Assembly: GCA_965218425.1 (NCBI GenBank)
Contig: OZ244621.1
Location: 4,384,001-4,448,000, forward strand
Length of the DNA stretch: 64,000 nucleotides
Source of the DNA: an uncultured Candidatus Binatia bacterium
GTDB taxonomy: Bacteria; Desulfobacterota; Binatia; UBA9968; CAXXLF01
Direction: 5' to 3'
Part shown: piece after piece, positions 31,098 to 40,992 of the stretch
Position numbering within the stretch: the first letter of the stretch is position 1
How the letters are laid out: every line of letters starts with the position of its first letter
The notes under the pieces: model-generated
What the model saw: only the letters and a program-made list of their open reading frames with translations
Told to the model about the DNA's origin: nothing
The model's database searches: none
Made by a program: the position numbers and the translations under genes

Positions 31098-31973
31098 ATG
31101 TTAAATATCATAGGCTTAATAAGGCATCGTCTTGAAGAGTTGGGCTATGAGCAGAGGGATTTGGCGGTGGCGGCTGATGTTACCGAGTCTTATATCTCTC
31201 AGTTACTTACCGGCAAGAAAGCTCTACCCGCACCTAATCGGTCGGACATTTATGATAAAATGCAGGCCTTTCTTAAACTCCCTTCGGGAGAGCTAGTAAA
31301 GCTCGCAAATCTGCATCGCAAAGAAGAGATCCAAAGAACAATCGACGAACCGGCTAGACCTTTGTTTCAAGAGATCAGAGAACTGATCCTGCAAAAGTGC
31401 CAACCCGAGAAGGCAAAGCAACTGCTCCCGATTTTTGAGAAGGAACCCTTCGGCGAAATCGAACGGCTTATTACACAAAAACTTTTAGATGTGGCCAAGG
31501 GGATAGCCAAAGAGAAATGGAAGAACGAGAATTGGCTTCGGGTGGTGGCACGGATAAACGACAAAAGCTATGAGGAAATGCGGGTCATCGTCCTGGAGTT
31601 CCTCGATACCGATATTTTCAACCTATCGGTACCGAACTTTATCCACTTCCTGGACCCGCTCATTGAATCCTGGGACGTGGATCTGGTGACTCTAGGAATG
31701 AAGATTGTTTTGGCTCCTGGATTGGGCCGTGAGCGGATCAAACAGTTTGAGTTTGTCGAAAAACAGTCTGACCCCGAAGCCCGGGAAGAGCCCGGGCTCA
31801 GAGAGTTTCTCCAGGATACCGCCATGAGCGGAAACATATCCCCAGAGGAACTCCACTTTATCAAGCAGCTAACATTTAGATTTAAGGGCAAGAGGCCCAC
31901 GGCGCTTTATTTCTACCGGGAACTGCAGAACTTAAGAGACCCCCTCCATTTCCAATCTGAGGTGTCTAGATAA
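31098..31973 (+). CDS. XRE-family HTH regulator with long C-terminal domain
   Basis: QRDLAVAADVTESYISQLLTG helix-turn-helix; divergent from the sigma operon. Confidence 0.75.
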   Translation: MLNIIGLIRHRLEELGYEQRDLAVAADVTESYISQLLTGKKALPAPNRSDIYDKMQAFLKLPSGELVKLANLHRKEEIQRTIDEPARPLFQEIRELILQKCQPEKAKQLLPIFEKEPFGEIERLITQKLLDVAKGIAKEKWKNENWLRVVARINDKSYEEMRVIVLEFLDTDIFNLSVPNFIHFLDPLIESWDVDLVTLGMKIVLAPGLGRERIKQFEFVEKQSDPEAREEPGLREFLQDTAMSGNISPEELHFIKQLTFRFKGKRPTALYFYRELQNLRDPLHFQSEVSR

Positions 31974-32016
31974 GGAAAGTGGGGCCCCTGGGAGCCGGAA
32001 AGCTGGAGGTAATTGA

Positions 32017-32796
32017 TTGTCTGTTCCAGTTGTTATTCTTTTAATCGTTATTTTCGCGGTGGGTCTGACTGGCATCAAGATATTCCAGGAATACCAAAGA
32101 GGCGTGGTGTTCCGTTTGGGGCGACTCGTCTCCTCTCGCGGGCCCGGGCTTAGCTTTGTCATTCCCTTTATTGAAAAGATGGTTCGGGTGGATTTACGAG
32201 CCGTCGCCATGCCGGTGCCGCCTCAAGACGTCATCACGCGGGATAACGTATCCGTGAGGGTGGCTGCCGTGGTTTATTTTCGCGTGGTGAACCCAAATAA
32301 CGCAGTCGTTCAAATTGAGGAATATCTTTTTGCCACCTCGCAATTGGCCCAAACCACCCTGCGTAGTGTTTGCGGCCGGGCGCAATTGGACGAAATCCTA
32401 AGCGAAAGAGAGAGGATTAACGCTCAGATTCAGGAGATAATTGACTCGCAAACCCACCCGTGGGGGATCAAAATAAGTCTGGTTGCGGTCAAGGACATCG
32501 ATCTTGCGCAGGACATGCAGCGGGCTATGGCAAAACAGGCTGAGGCAGAAAGAGACAGACGCGCTAAAGTGATCCATGCGGAGGGCGAGTTTCAAGCGGC
32601 GCAGAAACTCTCCGATGCGGCGGAGATCATGGCCACGCATCCCGCGGCCATTCACCTCCGATTCCTGCAGGTTCTTTCCAAAGTTGCCGTTGAACAAAAT
32701 GAAACAATCATAGTTCCAGTTCCAATTGACCTGCTGGGACCGCTACTTGACAAAGCACGGAGCCTCGATAGCAGAAATAACGGGAAAGGAGCGTAG
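32017..32796 (+). CDS. SPFH/stomatin (slipin) family protein
   Basis: [31 protein letters not shown] motifs. Confidence 0.9.
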   Translation: MSVPVVILLIVIFAVGLTGIKIFQEYQRGVVFRLGRLVSSRGPGLSFVIPFIEKMVRVDLRAVAMPVPPQDVITRDNVSVRVAAVVYFRVVNPNNAVVQIEEYLFATSQLAQTTLRSVCGRAQLDEILSERERINAQIQEIIDSQTHPWGIKISLVAVKDIDLAQDMQRAMAKQAEAERDRRAKVIHAEGEFQAAQKLSDAAEIMATHPAAIHLRFLQVLSKVAVEQNETIIVPVPIDLLGPLLDKARSLDSRNNGKGA

Positions 32797-32803
32797 GAAC
32801 ACC

Positions 32804-33112
32804 ATGATGGACACTGAAAACAATCGACTATTTGTGGGCATAAAGGTTTCCTCGAAGCTACAAAGGGAATTGGACCATTGCGCCCGGGGGGCGGAGCACT
32901 ACTTTAAGGAAGATCATCCCGAGTCGCTGCGGATTGTAACCTTAGGCGAGGAGAAGGTCATCGGAAGGTTTTTACGCGATGGGTATCCCGTTACCGACAT
33001 TGACAACGTGAGCAGAAACGTCCACAGCATCATAACGCTGATCACAGGAGGCTCACGAATCGAGGAGGATTCCATCCGCATATATGCCGCCGACTCAACG
33101 ACGCCTATTTAA
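32804..33112 (+). CDS. Hypothetical protein
   Basis: ORF directly after the SPFH gene, AGGA upstream. Confidence 0.5.
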   Translation: MMDTENNRLFVGIKVSSKLQRELDHCARGAEHYFKEDHPESLRIVTLGEEKVIGRFLRDGYPVTDIDNVSRNVHSIITLITGGSRIEEDSIRIYAADSTTPI

Positions 33113-33428
33113 CCTCGTATGCCGGCATCACACCGCAGAAAAAGAATACACAGGACGACTCGCATATCCCATGGACCCGATGGGCAATGTGCCGACACGG
33201 GGCACCCACAAAATACCCCTTGTTATAATGGCCGCGACGCTATAGCGTCGCTTTATCAAGAGACTTCCTTCGTATTATTGGCGCGCAAGAGGCAGAAGGC
33301 TAGACCACACCTCAACGATTGCAAGGACTTCGGCTGTAGTGTTCCCGCGAATGTATTGCTTGTAGATCCTGCCCCTCTCCCTCTTCCTAAAACCAAGGGC
33401 ATTCAAAAGCCCAAAAAAGGAGAACCTT

Positions 33429-33968
33429 ATGCACCCAGTTATTGTGATTGCCATACCGTTGGTGCTGCTCATCGTAGGCATGATATTGAACAGCATCCGA
33501 ATTTCTTTTGATCAACCTGCGAGTTCGCCGGAACAAGATCCCGCAAAAAGGCTCGAAGCTGAAAGACAAGCTTACCATCGGTACTTCAACCTCCAGAGGA
33601 TACGAGAGTTGAAAAGGCAGACAAGGGTAGGCCAGTATGCCTGGCTGGTGCTGATCGCGTTTATTGGGTCCCACATGTGGATGTATTTCGACACCGTAAA
33701 GAGGACAACGGCCCGGAATAAAATTGCCGCGCTCCAAACAATGCCGACGGAAAAAGGGAAAGAGACGGTTCTCTCCGTAACCCTAAATGACGGGAGCAAT
33801 GAAAAATACCTCATCAACTCGACCAAAGCCGACCCCTCGAATGAAACTGCAAAAGAAGGAATTTCGAAAGAAACGGTCCCGTCTTGGGAGATGTCAGGAC
33901 TAGCAACGGCTTTGAGCATTGGCGATAATTCATTACCACTTGGGGTCGCGCTGACAATTTCCAACTAA
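33429..33968 (+). CDS. Hypothetical membrane protein
   Basis: Two hydrophobic segments; SD AAGGAG. Confidence 0.55.
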   Translation: MHPVIVIAIPLVLLIVGMILNSIRISFDQPASSPEQDPAKRLEAERQAYHRYFNLQRIRELKRQTRVGQYAWLVLIAFIGSHMWMYFDTVKRTTARNKIAALQTMPTEKGKETVLSVTLNDGSNEKYLINSTKADPSNETAKEGISKETVPSWEMSGLATALSIGDNSLPLGVALTISN

Positions 33969-34009
33969 CGAGCGACAAAACTCGATCCCCGCCCTAGATC
34001 CACACAATA

Positions 34010-34040
34010 AGGGGCACGCCGCAGGTTGCGGCATGCCCCT
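34010..34040. repeat. REP-like / terminator hairpin
   Basis: AGGGGCACGCCGCA-GGT-TGCGGCATGCCCCT. Confidence 0.5.
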
Positions 34041-34282
34041 GGCCAACTACCGGTTTGCCGCCCAAAGGTCATGAAGCGGGAGTGGATGGCTGAACGGGAA
34101 AGAAAATAGAAAAGTCCCGGGGGTTAAAGACCCTACTCCATTTTTTAAGGAATTCATACGCCACTAGACATAATTTTGCAGCGTAACGAATTCTGTCTGC
34201 CATAAAAATGTGCGGCTATAGCTTGGTTCAGATTCGAAGATAACTTGGCATCTGACTGGGGAAGGAGACTGAAATGCGCCTA

Positions 34283-35096
34283 GGGCCTGTTAACACTAGC
34301 GTAACGCCTCGATGATGAGCGAGAAGAGGATGAAACCGAGGAAGATCACATCGAGCTTCTCGAAGCGGGAGAAGACTCGCCGGAAACCCTTCAGACGACG
34401 AAACAACCTCTCGATTTCGTTGCGTCGCTTCTACATGTGGCCATCGTACTGCCAAGGGTCGACTCGCGTGGCCAACGGCGCCACCACGGGTGTGAACCCC
34501 AGAGCCAGAGCCAACTGGCGTGTCTCGTTACCTTCATACGCCCGGTCCATGACGAGCGAGGGATTGTCGTGCTGCTGACCAGGGCGATTCAGCAACTTAC
34601 GTCGTTCTGGAGCGTCGTGGGCCTGTGCGGGGGAAAGCGAGAAGGTGATAGCCGTTCGAGCATCCGCGGCAACCATATGAATCTTGGTGCTCCACCCGCC
34701 GCGGGATTTGCCGATGGCTTGGGGACCGTTTTTTTTAGTGCCCCGGTCCCGTCGGGATGGACCTTGACGATGGTGGTGTCCATCGACACGGCCTCGATCT
34801 TGATGCGCACCATCTGCTCCCTCTGTAGTTGCTCGAAGACCTAGTCCAGCACCCCGTTCTTCGACCAGCGATTCATTCGAGTGTAGATCGTGTGCCAATT
34901 GCCCAACCGAGACGGTAACCCACGCCACTTGCAACCATGCTCCGCTACATACAAGATAGCGTTCAGCACCTGGCGGTTCGAAAGGCTGACATTACCCCAC
35001 TGCACCGCAAGCTACGGCGCAATACGGTCGTACTGGGCTTGAGTCAGTTCCATCCCCAAAGTGTAACGTATTTCCAGCATTAGTGTTTACAGGACC
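34283..35096 (-). mobile_element. IS5 family (IS427-like) element, 814 bp, degenerate
   Basis: IRs GGGCCTGTTAACACTA / TAGTGTTTACAGGACC flanked by TA (CTAG context). Confidence 0.85.
34296..35053 (-). pseudogene. IS5 transposase with A8 frameshift site and nonsense codons
   Basis: GCKWRGLP, DTTIVKVH, SRGGWSTKIH, MDRAYEG, RNEIERLF; TAGs at 35012, 34841, 34431. Confidence 0.85.
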
Positions 35097-35353
35097 TAGT
35101 CGATCTCGGCTATGGTCACTTCCGCGTCGATCATTGCAAGGAGGAGTTCACCAAGGGGGCCGTCCATATCAACGGCATCTAGGGCTTGTGGGCTCTGGCG
35201 AAGGTCAGGCTGGCAAGGTTCAAAGGCCTGCCCAAACACACCTTGCACCTCCATCTCAAGGAAACCGAATGGCGATACAACCGTCGAGGTTCCAACAAGT
35301 ATCGAACCCTGCTACAGTACCTACGCGAAAACCCACTCTGCTAGGCATGACCC
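35097..35353 (+). pseudogene. IS1595 family transposase C-terminal remnant
   Basis: LVDLGYGHFRVDH..HINGI*GLWALAKVRL..LHLKETEWRYN; the catalytic Glu position is TAG (35180). Confidence 0.75.
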
Positions 35354-35526
35354 AAAAATATATAGTGAATGAGGTATAGCCGGACAGGATCCCACTGGTT
35401 ATATCTTCCCCCTAGGATCTTTTTGTGGTTGCTATAGATCTATCCAGACTGATATATTGTCGGGACAGTAATTCTCCGGAGCCGATTCAGGAGGAACAGG
35501 GGCCGAGGCTAGCGGCCATCTCAGGA

Positions 35527-35925
35527 ATGAAAGATAAGGTCCATAAATCCGACGAGGAGTGGAAAAAGCGACTCACCCCTGAACAGTTCTACGTCTGCCG
35601 ACAAAAAGGCACCGAGGCGCCCTTCTCGGGAGAATACTGCAACTCCAAAGAGAAGGGAGTTTACCAGTGCACCTGCTGCGGCAACGATCTTTTCAGCTCA
35701 GACACAAAATTTGATTCCGGCACGGGCTGGCCAAGCTTTTGGCAACCCATCGCACCGCAGAACGTCGATACGGAAACCGACAACAGTCGTTTCATGGAGA
35801 GGATTGAAGTGATGTGCAGCGCCTGCGGCGCCCATCTCGGTCATGTGTTCGACGACGGCCCAAATCCCACGAACCTGCGCTACTGCATCAATTCCGTTTC
35901 CCTGAAACTCGCAAAGGATAAATGA
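35527..35925 (+). CDS. msrB: Peptide-methionine (R)-S-oxide reductase
   Basis: [29 protein letters not shown]; start moved to ATG 35527. Confidence 0.95.
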   Translation: MKDKVHKSDEEWKKRLTPEQFYVCRQKGTEAPFSGEYCNSKEKGVYQCTCCGNDLFSSDTKFDSGTGWPSFWQPIAPQNVDTETDNSRFMERIEVMCSACGAHLGHVFDDGPNPTNLRYCINSVSLKLAKDK

Positions 35926-35994
35926 TAGACCCCGACCTCCATCCACCATCGACAGGTTCCCTAAACTTCCTCACTACCCTTCTAAGAGGACACT

Positions 35995-36735
35995 ATGATT
36001 GTTGAACATCTTCCGCCAAAGTTCGAGAAGAATTTGAACGGGTTCGTTCTGACCGTACGCAATCTGCTGGGCGCAGACTTGAAGAGCGTCATCTTATACG
36101 GCAGTGCGGCCCGCGGTGAGTTCGATGTCAAGAGATCCGACCTGAACCTACTGGTGGTTCTTGAACAGGTGGATTTCCAACATCTCGCCATCATGGCCCC
36201 CATGATAAAGAAATGGTACCGGCAACGCATTGCCACACCCTTGATGGTGAGCCCTCAGTATCTCTCCAGCGCCCTGGATGTCTTCCCGCTAGAGTTCCTG
36301 GAGATGCAAGCGGCCCGACGGGTCCTGTTTGGCGATGACGTTCTGGCGAAAATCACGCCCCCCATTCAGGCCATCAGACACCAGTGCGAGCAGGAGGCTA
36401 GAGGCAAACTCCTGCACCTGAGAGAGATTGTTCTGGAAACGGCCCTGAAACCGAAACAGCTGCGGCAGGCCATGATCCTCTCGGTGCCGTCTTTTGTGAG
36501 GATCGGAAGGTACATCCTCCAATTGCTCGAGCAACCACCGCAACTACACGCAAAAGAGGTCATTTCAGAGCTACGAAAGGCCACCCAACTCCCTCTCGAG
36601 GGCCTGGAGATTGCATGGAATATAAAGACGGGAGAGCGCACGGTGCCCCGTAGCGATATCATGTCGTTCTTCCAGACCTACCTGCACGATGCGGTGGCCA
36701 TCACAACCTTCGTGGACAACTTGAAGGTCGCCTGA
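35995..36735 (+). CDS. Nucleotidyltransferase-domain protein associated with LemA/TPM
   Basis: LYGSAARG, SDLN, DVFPLEF motifs. Confidence 0.75.
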   Translation: MIVEHLPPKFEKNLNGFVLTVRNLLGADLKSVILYGSAARGEFDVKRSDLNLLVVLEQVDFQHLAIMAPMIKKWYRQRIATPLMVSPQYLSSALDVFPLEFLEMQAARRVLFGDDVLAKITPPIQAIRHQCEQEARGKLLHLREIVLETALKPKQLRQAMILSVPSFVRIGRYILQLLEQPPQLHAKEVISELRKATQLPLEGLEIAWNIKTGERTVPRSDIMSFFQTYLHDAVAITTFVDNLKVA

Positions 36736-36767
36736 TCCCCAAATCCGGATCTCCACTCAAACCAACC

Positions 36768-37589
36768 ATGCAAATTGCCGCCATGACTCGTCTATTTCGT
36801 GCTCCATATCCTATGCTCCGTCCTATGGGGCTTAACTTTGCAGCGGTGATGTTTTTTTTGATGGCCATGGTCCCCCCGACGGTCCTCGCTCAGATCAACG
36901 TGGTCCCGCTTAAAAATTACGTCAACGATTACGCTGGGATCCTACCACAAAACGTTCAGAGCCAACTCAACAGCTTGCTGAAGCAACTAGAAAATCAGAC
37001 CGAGGCGCAGATTGCCGTGGTTATCATCGACTCCACTGAAGGGGTGGCACATTCCGACTATGCCGTGGAATTCGGGCAGAAGTGGGGGGTGGGAAAGAAA
37101 GGCAAAGACAATGGGGTGGTGTTCCTCGTGGCGGTCAAAGACCGTAAGACGTTTATCGCCACGGGATACGGTGTGGAGGGCATCCTGCCCGATGGAAAGG
37201 TTGGCCGCATTCGCGACCAGGCGATCCTCCCACACTTCCGAAAAGGGGAAATGGGAAACGGTATCATCAACGGGACCCTCTACCTGGCCCAAGAGATTGC
37301 CAAATCCGAAGGGATATCTCTCCAGTCCCTGGCCCCGGGAGTTCGCAACCCCCGGCTGCTGCGTCGGCGGGGAACATCGTTCCTTGGATTTCTTCCAATC
37401 TTGCTGATCTTCATGTTGTTTATGGGCAGAGGGTTTTTCGGGTTCTTTCCCCTACCCTTTTTATTTGGAGGCTACGGCATGCGTGGCGGCAGCTTTGGCG
37501 GCGGCTTCGGCGGTCACGGGTTTGGCGGGGGATTCGGCGGCGGCATGGGCGGCGGCTTCGGCGGCGGCGGTACCGGTGGAGGCTGGTAA
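36768..37589 (+). CDS. TPM domain (YgcG-like) protein
   Basis: VNDYAGIL, WGVG..DNGV, GYGVEGILPD, Gly-rich tail ending GGGW. Confidence 0.9.
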   Translation: MQIAAMTRLFRAPYPMLRPMGLNFAAVMFFLMAMVPPTVLAQINVVPLKNYVNDYAGILPQNVQSQLNSLLKQLENQTEAQIAVVIIDSTEGVAHSDYAVEFGQKWGVGKKGKDNGVVFLVAVKDRKTFIATGYGVEGILPDGKVGRIRDQAILPHFRKGEMGNGIINGTLYLAQEIAKSEGISLQSLAPGVRNPRLLRRRGTSFLGFLPILLIFMLFMGRGFFGFFPLPFLFGGYGMRGGSFGGGFGGHGFGGGFGGGMGGGFGGGGTGGGW

Positions 37590-37621
37590 CGTAGCTTAAT
37601 TCCCGGAGAGGAGATCAAGAA

Positions 37622-38197
37622 ATGAAAAGAGGACTTTTGATAGTCGGCATCACCCTTGGGCTGCTGGTGGTGGTGGGCATCGGGAGCTGTGGTTACGTGG
37701 TTTCCAAACGCAACCGCTTCATTAACATGGACGAAGCCATCACCGGACAGTGGGCTCAGGTGGAGAATGTACTGCAACGCCGGAGCGATCTCATCCCCAA
37801 CCTCGTAAATACTGTGAAAGGCTTTGCCTCCCAGGAAAAAGAGATTTTTACCAACATTGCCGAGTCCAGGGCGAAGCTGAGCGGTGCGACCAAAATCGGG
37901 GACAAAATCAACGCTGCCAACGGGATGTCCGCGGCCCTGGGGCGATTGCTGGTCATCGTGGAGCGGTATCCGAATCTCAAATCCAACCAGAACTTCCTGG
38001 CTCTCCAGGACGAGCTGGCGGGCACTGAGAACCGTATTGCAGTGGAAAGGAAGCGCTACAATGACCGGGTACGGGAATTTAATGGAGGCATACGCCGGTT
38101 TCCAGGAAATCTGATTGCGTCGTCCATGGGGCTTGCCCGCTACCCCTACTATGAGGTGCCCACAGAAAAGAAAGAGGTTCCCCAGGTCAAGTTTTGA
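37622..38197 (+). CDS. lemA: LemA family protein
   Basis: QRRSDLIPNLV, YPNLKS, ELAGTENRI motifs. Confidence 0.9.
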   Translation: MKRGLLIVGITLGLLVVVGIGSCGYVVSKRNRFINMDEAITGQWAQVENVLQRRSDLIPNLVNTVKGFASQEKEIFTNIAESRAKLSGATKIGDKINAANGMSAALGRLLVIVERYPNLKSNQNFLALQDELAGTENRIAVERKRYNDRVREFNGGIRRFPGNLIASSMGLARYPYYEVPTEKKEVPQVKF

Positions 38198-38254
38198 ACA
38201 CAATGCGAACAGACTTCATCGCACTGAACCCGAAGGACAGGTCATATAAAGGAA

Positions 38255-38884
38255 GTGAACCCACCTAAAGATCCTATTCTCTCGGCCATCCTGTCGGTCC
38301 TGATGCCAGGTCTGGGGCAATTCTACTGCCGGCAATGGGGTAGAGGGGCCATGTTCTTGGTGGGTGCCATCTTCACTGGCGCCCTGTTCCCTCCCATAGG
38401 ATTTCTTTTATCCGGCGCAATCTGGATCTGGGGCATCGTGGATGCTTACCGAATCGCCCAAGAAGAACAGGGCTACGAAAGCGGTGCCGAGGGACCCATT
38501 ATCGATGTGGGACGGCCCCGATTTTCCAACATAGACATCCGGCCTGCTCTCACCTTAATAGGCGTTCCCGTAGCCATCGTTGTCATGATTGTGTTGACTT
38601 TGGCCTTACTTCTCACCCGGTATGGGTTTTGGCGTGATGGTTCTTCCAGCGAAGCTGGAAAATCAATCATGGAGAAGATTGAGGCTCACAAGACAACCAC
38701 CGGATCCTATCCGCGTTCATTGAGTGTCCTCATAGACCCAACCGATCCCATAGAGAAAAAACGAACCCTTGACCCCTGGGGAAACCCTTATATCTATCGA
38801 ACCACCCGGGGTGGTTTCGAACTTTTCAGTTCCGGTAAGGACGGCATTGCGGGCACTAAGGACGACATTCGTTACCATCCCTAG
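38255..38884 (+). CDS. Membrane protein with TM2-like N-terminus and GspG-like C-terminal domain
   Basis: [32 protein letters not shown] motifs. Confidence 0.65.
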   Translation: MNPPKDPILSAILSVLMPGLGQFYCRQWGRGAMFLVGAIFTGALFPPIGFLLSGAIWIWGIVDAYRIAQEEQGYESGAEGPIIDVGRPRFSNIDIRPALTLIGVPVAIVVMIVLTLALLLTRYGFWRDGSSSEAGKSIMEKIEAHKTTTGSYPRSLSVLIDPTDPIEKKRTLDPWGNPYIYRTTRGGFELFSSGKDGIAGTKDDIRYHP

Positions 38885-38904
38885 GTCCTCCTGCAGGCAG
38901 CACT

Positions 38905-39057
38905 ATGCTTTATCCGGGTTGCTTACCGCTCATCGGTGCTGACTTGTTCCATTTGCGGGATATCAGAACCGTTGCCACCGCAATGGCCAGCATCGGCGGG
39001 ACCGGCACATTCGACGGCATTGTCCTGTCGGGGCTGATGGCAGCCTTTCTGGCATGA
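38905..39057 (+). pseudogene. DUF1614-like membrane protein C-terminal fragment
   Basis: [29 protein letters not shown]. Confidence 0.5.
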
Positions 39058-39102
39058 CGGCTAATCCAATGAATCGTTTCGGCAACAGAGAGAGGAAACC
39101 TC

Positions 39103-40362
39103 ATGAGCCTATTTGAGATCGCGGCCATTCTTTTAACCCTCGCCGCCTTGTTCAGCTATTTCAACGAGCGTTATGTGGGAATGCCCACCACCATTGGGCT
39201 CATGTTTATCTCCCTTGTGATCTCCTTGGCCCTGATTGGCATAGCGAGTATGGGCCTGGATGTGGAAAGCAGGGCCGAGTCGGTTCTCGCTGAGATCGAT
39301 TTCAGCGACCTCCTTTTGCACGGCATGCTGGGCTTTCTTCTCTTTGCCGGCGCCCTGCACGTCAACCTAGGGGACCTGCTACAACAGAAATGGGTCATCA
39401 GCTCCCTGGCCACCGCCGGTGTCCTGACCTCCACCCTCATCGTGGCCTTTTTAACCTGGATTCTGTCGCGTGTTCTGGGACTGGAGCTCCCCTTTATCTA
39501 CTGTTTGCTGTTTGGAGCTCTCATCTCTCCAACAGATCCCATTGCAGTGCTGGGAATTCTCAAAAGCGCCAACGCCCCCAAGAGCCTGGAAACCAAGATT
39601 ACCGGTGAGTCGCTGTTCAATGATGGGGTTGGTGTCGTGGTGTTCATCGTCCTTTTGGACATTGTCCGTGGTGGCCATGAACTGGATGCGTGGGAGGTGG
39701 TTGTTTTCTTCCTGCAGGAGGCCGTGGGTGGTGCGGTGTTCGGCCTGGCCACGGGGTTTTTGGTTTACTGGATGCTAAAGAGCCTGGACAACTACCCGGT
39801 GGAGATCCTTCTAACCATGGCTCTGGTCACCGGCACCTATGCCCTGGCAGAATCGCTGCATCTTTCCGCGCCCATCGCCGTGGTAGTGGCGGGGCTTTTG
39901 ATCGGGAACAAAGGACGTTCCCTGGCCATGTCGGAGAAGACTTGCGAGCACCTGGACTCTTTCTGGGAGCTGGTGGATGAGATTTTGAACGCCGTGCTGT
40001 TCGTCCTCATCGGCCTTGAGATCCTGGTACTTCAATTCAACGTGAGTTATCTACTGGCAGGTCTGGCGGCCATACCCATTGTACTGGCGGCACGATGGGT
40101 GAGTGTAGGTATTCCCATCAGCCTTCTCAGGCTACGCCGGGAGTTCTCTCCCAATGTGGTAAAGATCATGACCTGGGGCGGGTTGCGAGGCGGGATCTCG
40201 GTGGCCCTTGCTCTTTCCCTACCTACAGGTCCCGAGCGCGCTGTGATCCTGGCCATCACCTATACCGTGGTGGTCTTCTCTATTCTGGTGCAGGGTCTGA
40301 CCATCAGCCGACTCTTTCCTACCACCGCTGAGGACTCCGAAACAGACGTGGAAACTCACTAG
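39103..40362 (+). CDS. CPA1 Na+/H+ antiporter (NhaP-like)
   Basis: SPTDPIAV, GESLFNDG, WGGLRG motifs. Confidence 0.9.
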   Translation: MSLFEIAAILLTLAALFSYFNERYVGMPTTIGLMFISLVISLALIGIASMGLDVESRAESVLAEIDFSDLLLHGMLGFLLFAGALHVNLGDLLQQKWVISSLATAGVLTSTLIVAFLTWILSRVLGLELPFIYCLLFGALISPTDPIAVLGILKSANAPKSLETKITGESLFNDGVGVVVFIVLLDIVRGGHELDAWEVVVFFLQEAVGGAVFGLATGFLVYWMLKSLDNYPVEILLTMALVTGTYALAESLHLSAPIAVVVAGLLIGNKGRSLAMSEKTCEHLDSFWELVDEILNAVLFVLIGLEILVLQFNVSYLLAGLAAIPIVLAARWVSVGIPISLLRLRREFSPNVVKIMTWGGLRGGISVALALSLPTGPERAVILAITYTVVVFSILVQGLTISRLFPTTAEDSETDVETH

Positions 40363-40463
40363 TCTCCAATTTCAGGATGCCGAGGGCAAAAAAATAGGGG
40401 GACGGTATTCACCCCGCCCCCCTTTGTTGACTGCCCTGGCAGCGAATAGGGCTGTCTACACTT

Positions 40464-40754
40464 TTATTTCACAGTTACGGCACTTGCTGTCTTGCGATCG
40501 TCGTCCTCGTCATAGGTTGCAGAGACGCTTTGACCTTCCTTGATCTCGAAACGATCACCCACACCGTTGAGCTCCGTGCTGCCGCCGCTGATCCGAACCC
40601 GAACCGACTTACCATCATTCGACTTGATGGTGATATAGCGGCCCTCTCTCTCGATTGCGGCAACCTTTCCTTCCATGTCGGCTGCGAGCACGGAACCAGC
40701 CAATGACAGGCTGAACAGTACCACGGCGATTAAACTAAGTGGCTTCCTGACCAT
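40464..40754 (-). CDS. Small exported OB-fold-like hypothetical protein
   Basis: Signal peptide ending VLA; beta-rich mature part. Confidence 0.55.
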   Translation of the reverse strand: MVRKPLSLIAVVLFSLSLAGSVLAADMEGKVAAIEREGRYITIKSNDGKSVRVRISGGSTELNGVGDRFEIKEGQSVSATYDEDDDRKTASAVTVK

Positions 40755-40992
40755 TGTTTTTCGCGCCCTTTCCCGCTTAAATCAGTATCGGAGCGAATAC
40801 TATGGGATCGAAAATATGTCAAGCGCACACCACCTATGCGAAGGTTCATGGGCAACTCCGAATCTCATGTAATTTCAATTATTTGACTCTAAACGTTTGA
40901 TTTAACTTATATTTTATCTTTCTATTCTGGAAACATTTACTTGGAAAATTTGTTGCCTGGTGGAAGGAAACCCCTGATTTCCACAGTGGATT

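Noticed and set aside
35527..35925. Selenocysteine MsrB
   Set aside because: The catalytic residue is encoded by TGC (RYCINS); the TGA is the normal C-terminal stop
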